A DNA stretch of 64,000 bases from Squalus acanthias (lineage: Eukaryota). The notes beneath the pieces are model-generated. The model ran no database searches. It saw nothing but the letters and a program-made list of their open reading frames with translations, and was not told the DNA's origin. The stretch spans positions 121,088,001 through 121,152,000 of the forward strand of contig CM059431.1 in the NCBI GenBank assembly GCA_030390025.1, written 5' to 3'. Positions 9,711 through 20,445 of the stretch are shown here, piece by piece. Each line of letters begins with the position of its first letter. Within the stretch, counting starts at the first letter, position 1. Both the position numbers and the translations under genes were made by a program.

Positions 9711-10871
9711 ATGGGGGCTGCAATGATTGGGGGCGTCGTCCTGCTCCAGCTGAATCGGAGGATACAGAGACGCAGACAGAGAGTGGCAATGATGGCCAGA
9801 CGGAGGAGGGCCATCAGGCGCATGTACAGGAGAGCTTACCCTCCCAGGGTATATCGTGAACAGCTCTCCTACATCCATATGTCCGAGGAGCTGTGTTTGC
9901 GAAGGCTGCGATTCAGCAAGGAGGTGGTCACTGAGCTCTGCCACCTGCTGCAGCCAGATCTGCAGCCTCAGCTGAGGTCCAGGACGTCTCTGTCGGTGGC
10001 AGTGAAGGTCACAGTGGCTTTGAACTTCTACGCCACTGGCTCATTCCAAGCTGCTGTTGGGGACCTCGCCAATATCTCCCAGTTTGCGGTGCATCGCTGC
10101 ATCCGGCAGGTCACCAATGCCCTCTTCAGAAGGAGATGAGACTTCATCTCTTTCCCTATGACCCCAGACAAGCAGCGTGACCATGCTCTGGGCTTTGCGA
10201 GGGTAGCGGGCTTCCCCATGGTGCAGGGCGCCATTGACTGCACGCATGTGGCTTTGCGTGCTCCGCGAGAGAATGCAGAGGAATTCAGGAACAGAAAGGG
10301 GTTCCATTCCTTGAATGTGCAGTTGGTCTGTGACCACAGACAGGTGATACTCGCTGTCAATGCCCACTATCCGGGCAGCTGCCACGATGCTTTCATCCTG
10401 CGCCAGACTACTGTGGCAGAAGTTTTCGAGGCACCGCATCAGCCAGTTGGTTGGCTTCTCGGGGACAAGGGGTACGCATTGAGCACCTGGCTGATGACAC
10501 CACTCCGTACGCCAAACACCCCTGCTGAGCTGCGGTACAATGAAAGCCATCAAGCAACCAGGAACATTATTGAGCGCACAATCGGCGTGCTGAAACAACG
10601 GTTCCGCTGTCTGGACCATTCCGGAGGAGCCCTGCAGTACTCGCCTGAGCAAGTTTCGAACTTCGTAGTCGTGTGCTGCATGTTGCACAACATGGCAATC
10701 CTCAGGACCCAACCAATGCCACCAGGCCTTGTAGCACCACCAGAGGAGGAGGAGGAAGAGGAGGAAGAGGACGAGGATGATGATCATCAGCAGCACCAAG
10801 GCGGGAGGGCGGCCCACAATGGTCAAACTGCAAGGGCCGTCCGTCAACGGCTAATAGCAAGCCGCTTCTAG
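9711..10871 (+). pseudogene. Harbinger DDE transposase (HARBI1-like, ~386 codons) with one in-frame TGA at 10137-10139
   Basis: Motifs GAIDCTH, NRKGFHSLNVQLVCD, YPGSCHDAFIL, GDKGY, IERTIGVLKQRFRCL and CCMLHN. The two ORF halves are in the same frame. Confidence 0.95.
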
Positions 10872-12495
10872 GGCCCCTGCCATTGCTACAAACACTAATC
10901 AACCCAGCACGCAACCCCTAAGCCGGCCAAGGCACCAATAATTCCAACCACCAGCCATGTATATTTTGAATACAGAAACTTATTTATTTTACAAACTCTG
11001 TGTGTGTCAATTCCTCATGACAAACTCATAGAAATAAACACAAAAAAACAGTCAATAACATAACTGGTTCTCACAACCTGGAGATAATGTCCAAAACACT
11101 AAACAAAAGTTGGACCATGAACCTCGGCCTTTAATAAAAAAATGACCAGCATTTTGTCACACCTCCTACTTTTTGCCCTTCGAGGGTGATCTCCTTCCCT
11201 TGCGCACTTCCCCCCTTCTAACCCTACTGCTCCTCCGTAATGGGACCTCAGTGGCTGCAGCAAGGCTGGTGGAAGGCTGCTGCTCGTCAGACCCTGACAC
11301 TGCAGATGCCCCTGAAGGACGGCCTCAACCACTTCTGGGCCTGGAGGGCCCGGCTGCAGACTGCACCAACTCTGCATGGGCGGCAGCAGTCTGTCCTACA
11401 GGCGGTGGCAAGTGCAGTGGAGAAGTGACAGTGTTGGCAGCAGGAATGCTGTCATCGTGAGAGAGGCCAGCAACTCCCTGCTCGCCCGACACACTGGCAC
11501 TCCCACGGGGCAGCACTTCAGCATCCGGAGCAATCTGCCGGAGAACAGATTGCTGGCCTGCTGCGGCGCGGTGACAGCCCCGGGGACATGTGCACGAACC
11601 ATCGAGGTTGGCAGCAGTCTGTGCTCGCGTGGCCTCCATCTGAGTCTGTATGAGAGCAGTCAGAGGTGGGATCACGGCAGCCAGTGACTGAATTGCAGCA
11701 CTAAGCGTTAGTCTGGCATCTGCCTGTGCTACAGCGAAGTGCACCACACTCCTTGCCAGTGACTCAATGCATTCGGGCACCCTTCCCACTGCACCCATGA
11801 GCTCAGTGTGCATGCCCACCGCCTGGGTGTTCATTTCTGCAATCAGCCGCTCCTCCTCTGCGTCCATTGCAGTAGGAGTGTCTGGCATACTCTCCCTCTG
11901 GGAAGAAGGCCCCCGTTCTTCCCTACCCCCCCCATGGCGTTGCTGCAGCCCGCTGGGTCCTGGAGCTTCACCATCATCAGCCCCTTCCCCCCTGCTCCCC
12001 TCCGGGGAACGCGTGTTCCCAGTGTGGGCATGGGCTTCCTCGGGAGAGGGTGGCACTGATGCTCTGGCTTCCTCTTCCTCCTCAGCTGCAGCATCACTCC
12101 CAGTGGCAGCTTCAGGGCCCGTCTCCTCAGCTGGTGAATCACCATCTGAAAGCAGGGAGGTACAAGAGTGGCTTTAGCGTGAGGACAGGGTGGCAGTAAG
12201 GGAGGAATAAGTGCAGCGAGTTAGCAAGTTGGATTGAAAGTGTCAAAGGCTGGTGTTGTGAGGGACAAGTGGAAGGACAGAGGACAAAAAGGTGATGACC
12301 TTACCATTGCTGTCCACAACGGGGTCGGCGTCTCCAGTGGTGACGGGACCGATCACCCGGCTTGCCACAATCCTGTGGACGCGCTCCTCCAGATCGCTGA
12401 GGGGTTGCAGCTGAAGCCGCCGTCCACCTGTCCATTGCTGCTGTCTCCTATTATGAGCCAGCTTAGCCTGTAAGAAAAAGGACAGCATCTGAGTA

Positions 12496-12641
12496 AATAT
12501 ACAGCCATGGTCTTGCCTGATGTGCCTCCCATAGGTGAATAGCCCTTACAATATACAGCCATGGTCTTGCCTGATGTGCCTCCCATAGGTGAATAGCCCT
12601 TACAATATACTGCCATGGTCTTGCCTGATGTGCCTCCCATA
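12496..12641. repeat. 54-bp tandem repeat, ~2.7 copies, in ORF2 intron 1
   Basis: Unit AATATACAGCCATGGTCTTGCCTGATGTGCCTCCCATAGGTGAATAGCCCTTAC. Confidence 0.95.
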
Positions 12642-12644
12642 GCT

Positions 12645-13075
12645 GAAACATAGAAACATAGAAACATAGAATCCAGGAGCAGGAGTAGGCCATTCGGCCC
12701 GTCGAGCCAGCTCCACCATTCAATACGATCATGGCTGATCATCCAAATCCAGTACCCTGTCCCTGCTTTAATCCCCACAGTACACATATTCCACCCTACC
12801 CCCGTAACCCCACGTATTTAATTCCCCCTAACATATCCCATCCTATCCCCATATTTAATCCCCCCCGAACACTAAGGGTCAATTTATCATAGCCAAATCA
12901 ACCTAACCCGCACATTTTTGGACTGTGGGAGGAAACCGGAGCACCCGGAGAAAACCCACGCAGACATGGAGAGAATGTGCAAACTCCACACAGACAGGCA
13001 CCCGAGGTCAGATTCGAACCCGGGTCTCTGGCGCTGTGAGGCACCAGTGCTAACCACTATGCCACCGTGCAGCCC
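12645..13075 (-). mobile_element. tRNA-derived V-SINE (HE1-like) with CR1-type tail
   Basis: A-box TGGCATAGTGG, B-box GGTTCGAATC, V-domain GTGTGGAGTTTGCAC..GGTTTCCTCCCAC, and a (TTTCTATG)n tail shared with CR1 3' ends in this window. Confidence 0.88.
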
Positions 13076-14041
13076 TTACTGTATGCAAAGTGTGGAATGT
13101 GTGTGTGTGTTTGATGAAAGGGCCATAGGTGTTGGATGAGTGTTGTGCATTGGGGTTTTAAGACCCTCTGGCCATAGAGTGAGGTTGAGATGGAGGGATG
13201 GAGAGGTATTGAGAAAAAGCCACTCACCCTGACGACCCGAGTGAGGTCGTTGAACTTTTTGCGGCATTGAGTATGGGTCCTGGGCACCATGCTCCTGGAG
13301 GAGACGCTCTGAGCCACCTCCCTCCACACTCTTCTGAACTCGCGTGGCAAAGGCCTCCTGCCACTCTCAGGGAACAGCATACATCGTCTGCGCTCCACTG
13401 CGCCAACCAGAGTATCCAAGGCCCGCTCGGTGAAGCGATGAGCGCGTTCTCTCACCCTCTCCATGCTTGGCAGCAAAATGGTTTCACAGGTCTCTCCAGG
13501 CTGAGATTCAAGGCTGCAATGAGCAGGGTGTGGCTGGGGAGCAAGTGGCCCCCCCCGCTTTAAGAAGTGTCCGGCGCCAGTGTGTCTGTGTTCCCTCGCT
13601 AACGGCAGCAGCTGCGCTGCGCTCGCGCGCTGAGTTAGCGCCTCACTCCTTGGCCTTTGCGCCTTAAGACAGGTGTGCAGCGCCTGCTTTAGCGCTCCAC
13701 TCACCTCCCGGGGCGGTAAAAGTGAAGTTTCCTGTCAGTGCCGATAATTAGCGCCAGGCGCTAATATTTGCGTCCGGACGATATTTGCGCCCCAAATGGG
13801 GCGCGACCTAATTTCTACCCCTTGGACTATAACCTGGTGTTGTGCGACATCTTTATTCAAGAAAGTAAAACACAACACAAACACTCTTAACACTCTAAAG
13901 GTGGGGTTCACTTCGGTACAAGCGAGGGAAATAACATTTGGAGAATACTTCACCCCTCCCAATCCCACTTCACTAGCTAGGTTGTACTCTGGAGAACCAG
14001 GGATAATGCTCACCAAATGAATCCTTGACAGTTGAGAGTTA

Positions 14042-14885
14042 GGGGGAAAAATTCAGTTGGTTGCACCTCCCGTTAGCGCCTTAAGAGGGCGCTAATGGGG
14101 CGCACAGCATCTAGCGCCCAGGCGCGGCGAAGTTTGCGCCGCTCGTGAAATTAACTAGACATTTTGCGGCGGCGCTAAACACTACTGCCACGATCTCCTG
14201 CGCCGGCAGATATTGAGTGGCGCCCCCTGCCTTACCGCCTGACGCTAGCAACGACAGGTTGAGGGGAGCGTTCTGCAGTCATGAAGGGAAAGGGGGAGCG
14301 TTATTTAAAGGTGACCGCTTCCTGCCTTTTATTGTTGGTGCCATTTTTGAACTACGCATTCTGAGAGAGAGAGGGAGAGACTTCTGGAGAGTTTCAACGT
14401 TGTGTGAAGGAGTTTTGGGTACTGAGCAGCACTTTGCAGGTTCATTTTGATTTGCCATTCCTTGTATCGATTTAGAAGAGACTGTGGGGGCTGCATTCTG
14501 AGCTCTTGGCCTGGTACTCTCCATTGTTCTTTCCAGCACATTTGATGTGCAGGTCTCTCCAGGCCGAGATTCAAGGCTGCAATGAGCAGGATGTGGATGG
14601 AAAGCAAGATTAAACATCCCCTTTAAGAACTGGCCCGTGCCATTGTGTGTATGTTCCATTGCTGACTGACATTACATGAGCTTCGCCAGCGCTCTGAGGT
14701 AACGCCTTGCTCCTCGGCCTTTGCGCCTTAAGACAGGTGTGAAGTGCCTGATATAGCGCTGCAATCACCTCCAGGGGCGATAAAAGTCAAGTTTGCAGTC
14801 GGTGGCGTTAATTAGCGCCAGGCGCTAATCTTTGCGCCCGGCCGATAATTGCGCCCCAAATGGGGCGATACTGAATTTCACCCCC
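14042..14885 (+). mobile_element. Non-autonomous Harbinger (MITE)
   Basis: TIRs GGGGGAAAAATTC / GAATTTCACCCCC, TSD TTA. Absent from the 3' LTR and homologous to the ends of 9200-13821. Confidence 0.92.
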
Positions 14886-16894
14886 TTAAGGGTTTAGAGT
14901 CTTTTGAGTAAAAAGTTTTGTAAGGCCCCTGTTGCCGCGAGGTGTCTGATGGTCACTGAGGTGGTCGCTCTGGTTTCTTCTTGCGTGTCGGCCTGCTTCT
15001 GGAGCTGTTGGCCTTCTTTGTTGAACTGTTTCTGTTGAACTCTGCCTCTGTTTAAACTGTCTTCTTCTGAGCTGTGGAACTGCCTTCTTGCAGAACTGTA
15101 ACTGTCTTCTTGCAGAACTGTGGGAACTGCCTTCTGCCTGCTTGTTGAACTTGAACTGTTTTACTAGAGAACTGGAGAACTCCCTTCTTACGGAACTGTC
15201 TTCTTTAACTGCCCAACTTGCTTCTCCTGTAGTCTATAATTCCAGCACTGACTTCTGCTGAAAACAGGCTTTCAAATTGAACTGCCAGAACTGCTGTCTG
15301 TTGAACTTGAACTGTTGTTACTGCTTTTTTTTGTTGAACTGCTTGATGGGCCTTCAATTATACTAAATTGAAGTGGCCTTATCAAAACCAAATCAAATCC
15401 CGGTCATTGTAAGACCTCGTTAACAGTAACGACTTTACTAGCGTGTTAACTGGTTTTGTAAATGTGTGAAGTGGTTTCAGGATAGCTCCATCCTGTCGAT
15501 CTGTTGTTTAATCGGAGTTTGAATTGTCCTCATGTTTTGGGTTTCTTGACTGGACCTAGGACTTCGATCGAATATTTGCTTTATGCATGTCTTTAATGGG
15601 TTCTGTAATCGGTTTGATGGGACCTGTTGTTTTGGGTGGGACTGTCTCCTCCTAGGGTCTATTGTCAAAATGTTAATGCTTGCTGGGGCTTGAGTGAGGT
15701 CATCCCGATTCCCCAGACAATGCAATTAACTGCAATACCCAAAACTGCTTTTGCAGAGGTTGAACCCACCTTCTTTCGCAGCCTTTTCTCCCTTTACAGG
15801 CCCAGACATGTTTTTAAAATGCCAAAACTTGGTTTTTGGTCTTAAATTCCTTATGTTAGGCCCAAATACATTTTTATCACTCTGAGGTAGTTCCAAAGTC
15901 CTTTTTCCATAGGTTTTGGGGATCTGCAATTTTTGGAAACCTTACAGTAGATTGTATTAGCTCCGCAGTTGGCTATTACAGTGTCTTTTCAACTGCTAGC
16001 CATAAATATATAAAGGTTAATGGGCAAACATTTCCCTTCTGCATCTCAAATTGATCACTCTCTGACATGAATGACTGGGAATTACCTGTACATGAAGCAG
16101 CCTTCATTGTGATGTCTATAGCATTTTGAAGGCACGACTCTGCTCTATAATTGCTACATTGGAGCCTGATCAACTTTTTATTGACAACTCTGGTCATACA
16201 ATGTCAAAAATACAAAATTAAAATGAATACTTACTATTTTCTTGTTAGTCCTGTTGGGTATGTGCCATAAGTTTTCTGTCTCAGCAATTAATTAAGTTAA
16301 GCTTGGTCTATTGTCTTCATGAGAATGGAACTGCTCCAAAATACTTACCATGCTTAAAAATATGATTGGGTAAAATTTCCGGCCAATGATATTAATTTGT
16401 CAGTGCAGTCTGGGCAGCCATATAATAGCATGTTCTCAAATTCTTCAGCTCCCTGCTTGTTTTGCGAACTGTGAATCCTTCCATTCCTGGTTTCCCACCA
16501 GTGCTTGTTCTCATATTGAATGTATAAAAGCTTCTTTAGATGTTCAACATTCATTCAAATGAGGAGATTATGATTCCTTCCTCGATTTCCCAGCTTTCCT
16601 GTCCAGTGCTAACTTTGTCCATTTAAATCCTACAAGATTACTACTTGTCTGGAAGGGAGCTCTTAAAGGTACACTTTTTTTTTTTAACCTGCCATTCCAC
16701 TGCAAGTTATGGGGTTTGCTTTCAAAGCATCTCTTCGAGTGATTTCATGGAAGAGGATGAAGTATGTCAAAGAAGGCACCAGAGGTGGACTGTCTGAAAC
16801 TACCAATTTGTCAGCAACCATAACTGCAGGCCCAGGCACAGTTACCTAGCAATGACTGAGGGAGAACCTACTTCTGCAGGCTCCAGTTGAGCTG

Positions 16895-16994
16895 AGTGCT
16901 GACGAAGGGTCATCGACCTGAAATGTTAACTCTGTTTCTCTCTCCACAGATGCTGCCTGACCTGCTGAGTATTTCCTGCATTTTCTGTTTTCAT
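16895..16994 (+). mobile_element. 100-bp Penelope-like insertion (second family) starting at a hammerhead ribozyme
   Basis: 13-bp TSD TCCAGTTGAGCTG (16882-16894, 16995-17007). Core CTGACGA-AG-GGTC-ATC-GACC-T-GAAATGTT at 16899-16927. Confidence 0.85.
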
Positions 16995-18825
16995 TCCAGT
17001 TGAGCTGTGCCATCTGTTGCTAGGAGATCTGCAGCTAACCTCAACCATAGGAACAGCAGTGCCAATTGCAGTCAAGGCCACCTCCTCCTTCAGCTTTCTG
17101 CAATATCTGCTGACTTGCAGCCCATAGATGCATCGAACAAGAGATTGATGCATTGTTCACCCAGAGCCAGTATATTTAATTTTCTTTCCCACAGAATAAC
17201 AATAGGGCATGACACAACTGCTCAATATTATAATACTGCTACATTAACCAAAGTAATGTAGGTGCCTAATGGCATTCATGTGATTCTCCTCATTTGTCAA
17301 TGTCATTGACTCCTAACTAGTGCACAGTGACTCATTCAGTTCTACTTCCTCAAGCTCATTAGTTTCATCCTCCTTGCAAATAGCTGTGCTGATTCTTGAA
17401 AATGTTGGTAAGACTGCTGCAGGGTACTATGAGGTATTGACTTGCTCGAGGCCCCTGCCAGTGCTGACAGGCTCACCTTTCAGTAAGAGCATAACCTATT
17501 TTTGAACACTGGCTGCAAAAAACACCTTCAACCGAACTTGTATTGCAGGATACTGTTCTACTTTTCGGAGTGTCTTCGTGGTTGTGCGTCAGTGACTTGG
17601 AAGTCATAACAAGAGCGGGATGTTACTAGCCCTGAGCTTGGGAAAGACTTTCAGTGCTTCTTCCCCTTTCCCTCAATACGCTTGAATGTCCAGAGTGGCC
17701 TTCTCAAAGAAAACCCAGGATTTGGAATTTCTGGGCCCTCCTCCATTTTGGTCCTGTTACCTTTTATTGTACGCCATCTTTTCCTGCAAGTAGTAAAGCA
17801 TTCTTTAAGGACTGCATACAAGGTTAAATTCAACAATTTTGGACTACCAATAAGGGGGCTGCGCTCAAAAGGACTGTGGTTGATGTTAAGGCTATAATAC
17901 TGCAGCATCAATTCTCTGACTTGTGTTCCTATCTATTGTGGCTCCCTGCTAAGAATTTACTCTACAATGACAAGATATGTGCTTAAACTGAAGCTCACCT
18001 TGTGTGTCAGTAACTGTGCATTGCGCAGTTAGGTTATATGAAAGGTTGTGCTGTGTGAGGCCCCTTTAAGATTTCAACGTGACAGCAGTTTCAGATGTAA
18101 GTTGTAGCCTGTATACATGCCACACTACTGCATGACCATACAGGCTAAACATTGAAAAGACTGTGAGGTTGGGTGAAAGTATTAAAGTGTTGAGCAGTAA
18201 CAGGTATTGAGGACATACTGTACTTTGTTTCGTGAATGCTTGGGAGAGATTGTTGCTGTAGTATTACTTTGGCACTTTTCCTCAGTTCTGCCATCTGCTT
18301 CCACTTTTGCAGGCAAAGCCTCTGGTGCTGCAGTGATCTAGTCAGTTATTCTATCAAGTGTACTTGATGTTCTTTATTATTGATGGGCAATCTATTCACT
18401 CTTTGCTATCAGTTATATGAATTGATGCTCTGTCTGTCTAGTCTTCTCTGCCTATATCCATTGGTGTTTACTATACAGATGGGAGCTTATCCCCCAGTAG
18501 TGAACCCATGAAGGCACAGGAGGTATCTATAATGTTAAAACCAGCGTATCAGACAAGTTGTGTGGCATCCTGGTGCCTGAAAAGTTTGGGTATATGTGCT
18601 GCTCTGGAACCTGCTTGGAGTCAAAACCTTCTCATGACAATGTCAGTTTATGTCAAACGGGGCTTCTTTGGTAGCTATGCTACAATTATTTCACCACTTA
18701 TGCTAGTTGCAAATTGGGTATATCCCTTCAGGAGCCCACACCATGCCGTACAATTTGAACTAACAAATTTCAAACATTTTACATCAGTACCAAGCAATAC
18801 TAACAGTCCAAATCAACCATATATA

Positions 18826-20445
18826 AGAACATAAGAAATAGGAGCAGAGTAGGCCATTCGGCCCATCGAACCTGCTCCACCATTCAATAAGATTGTGGCT
18901 GATCTTCTATCTCAATTCCACCTTCCCACACTATCCCCATATTCCTTGGCTCCCTTAGTATCCAAATATCTATTGATCTCTGTCTTGAATATACTCAACT
19001 GAGCATCCACAGCCCTCTGGGGTAGAGAATTCCAAAGATTCACAACCCTTTGAGCGAAGACATTTCTCCTCATCTCAGTCCTAAATAGCTGAGCCATTAT
19101 TCTGAGACAGTGATCCCTGGTTCGAGACTCCCCAGCCAGGGAAACATCCTCCCAGCAATGTTCCCTTTAATTTTGCGTGGTTTTTCCTATTTAAAAGCCG
19201 ATGAGCTGGCTGTGCAGGAACTGTAGAGTGCCTCGCGGCCGCACAGCTTAAAGGGATCTTTGCCTCCCAGCACCTATCCTGTCAAGCCCCTTAAGAATTA
19301 TATATGTTTCAATGCGATCACCTCTCATTCTTCTAAACTCTAGGGAACATAGGTCTAGTCTACTAAATCTCTCCTCATAATAGGACAATCACCCCATCCC
19401 AGGAATCAGTCGAGTAAACCTTCTAAGGCAAGTATTTCCTTCCTTAGGTAAGGAGACCAAAACTGTACAAAGTAAGACTTCTTGGGGTAGAAATTAGGTC
19501 GCGCCCCATTTGGGGCGCAAATATCGTCTGGACGCAAATATTAGCGCCTGGCGCTAATTATCGGCACTGACTGGAAACTTCACTTTTACCGCCCCGGGAG
19601 GTGAGTGGAGCGCTAAAGCAGGCGCTGCACACCTGTCTTAAGGCGCAAAGGCCAAGGAGTGAGGCGCTAACTCAAAGCGCTGGCGAAGCTCATGTAATGT
19701 CAGTCAGCAATGGAACACACACACAATGGCACGGGCCAGTTCTTAAAGGGGATGGTTAATCTTGTTTTCCATCCACATCCTGTTCATTGCAGCCTTGAAT
19801 CTCGGCCTGGAGAGACTTGCACATCAAATGTGCTGGAAAGAACAATGGAGAGTACCAGGCAAAGAGCTCAGAGTGCAGCTCCCACAGTCTCTGCTAAATC
19901 GATACAAGGAATGGCAAATCAAAATGAACCTGCAAAGTGCTGCTCAGTACCCAAAACTCCTTCACACAACGTTGAATCTCTCCAGAAGTCTCTCCCTCTC
20001 TCTCTCAGAATGCGTAGTTCAAAAATGCCACCAACAATAAAAGACAGGAAGAGGCCCCCTTTAAATAGCGCCCCCCCCCAGCCCCACAGCGATTGATAGC
20101 GTTCCAGTCTTCTGGTCGTTGGATGCGCCAGGCGGTAAGGCAGGGGGCGCCACTCAATTTCCGCTCCAGGGCGCCACAAGGGCGTTGCACCATGGAATGA
20201 CGTCACAATCTGCGCGCGCAGGTGGTCGCAGCGGTAAGTTTTAGCGCCGCCGCACAATCTCAAGTTAAGTTCTCGAGCGGCGCAAACATCGCTGCGCCCG
20301 GGCGTTAGCGGCTTTGCGCCCCATTAGCGCCCTCTTAAGGCGCTAACGGGAGGCGCAACCAACTGAATTTTTACCCCCTTTACTCTTATACTCCAATCCC
20401 TTTGTAGTAAAAGCTAACATAGCATTTGCTTCTCAATTGTTATAC
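18826..20445 (-). mobile_element. CR1 LINE 3' fragment, interrupted by a MITE
   Basis: FRTEMRRNVFAQRVVNLWNSLPQRAV motif and a TTCTTATG-type tail at ~18826. Confidence 0.88.
19484..20377 (-). mobile_element. Non-autonomous Harbinger (MITE)
   Basis: TIRs GGGGTAGAAATT / AATTTTTACCCC, TSD CTT (19481-19483, 20378-20380). Arms are near-identical to 9200-13821. Confidence 0.93.

Larger units (their letters stand above)
11166..13464 (-). pseudogene. Harbinger ORF2, Myb/SANT-like DNA-binding protein, 3 exons (13464-13228, 12467-12305, 12145-11166), one premature TGA at 11327-11325
   Basis: Exon 1 encodes RFTERALDTLVGAVERRR...WREVA...RTHTQCRKKFNDL. GT-AG introns of phase 0 and phase 1 keep the frame. 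The frame continues past the TGA to a basic tail ending in TAG at 11168-11166. Confidence 0.88.
9200..13821 (+). mobile_element. Full-length PIF/Harbinger DNA transposon
   Basis: TIRs GGGGTAAAAATT / AATTTCTACCCC, 3-bp TSD TTG (9197-9199, 13822-13824), and convergent transposase and Myb/SANT genes. Confidence 0.96.
9060..13848 (-). mobile_element. Penelope-like pLTR insertion with 5' inversion (~165 bp own sequence), split by Harbinger
   Basis: 14-bp TSD ATCTTTATTCAAGA (9046-9059, 13849-13862). Segment 9178-9199 + 13825-13848 is the reverse complement of ~9103-9148. Confidence 0.88.
1486..15946 (-). mobile_element. Internally deleted LTR retroelement (Gypsy/retrovirus-like) with nested insertions in both LTRs
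   Basis: Two near-identical direct repeats (3738-5330 and 8897-15946 once inserts are removed) end TGTAAGG...CCCCTACA on the minus strand. PBS at 8877-8893, PPT at 5331-5340, and gag/pro/pol remnants lie between them. The left boundary is inferred at TGT 1486. Flanks AGAG vs GTAG are not a clean TSD. Confidence 0.9.
8897..15946 (-). mobile_element. 5' LTR, interrupted by Penelope-like, Harbinger and MITE insertions
   Basis: LTR pieces 8897-9059, 13849-14041 and 14886-15946 are collinear with 3738-5330. Confidence 0.93.

Noticed and set aside
9711..10871. Host HARBI1 gene
   Set aside because: It lies inside TIRs and a TSD with a partner Myb gene and a nonsense codon, so it is a transposon copy and not the domesticated gene.
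12353..12787. ORF with a repeated MGGTSGKTMAVYCKGYSP unit
   Set aside because: It is a by-product of a 54-bp intronic tandem repeat plus the SINE tail. The units are contiguous without spacers, so it is not CRISPR-like either.
12995..13075. tRNA-like sequence
   Set aside because: It is the head of a SINE, followed by the V-domain and a CR1 tail, not a tRNA gene. The same applies to 21061-21150 and 34230-34320.
16230..18330. Minus-strand GTAAGT donors (~16234, ~16348) and Myb-like snippets (TCRKRWRTIK; RTEEKCQ)
   Set aside because: All frames are interrupted and the motifs are too short. They may be very old transposon debris, but I cannot support an exon or a family.
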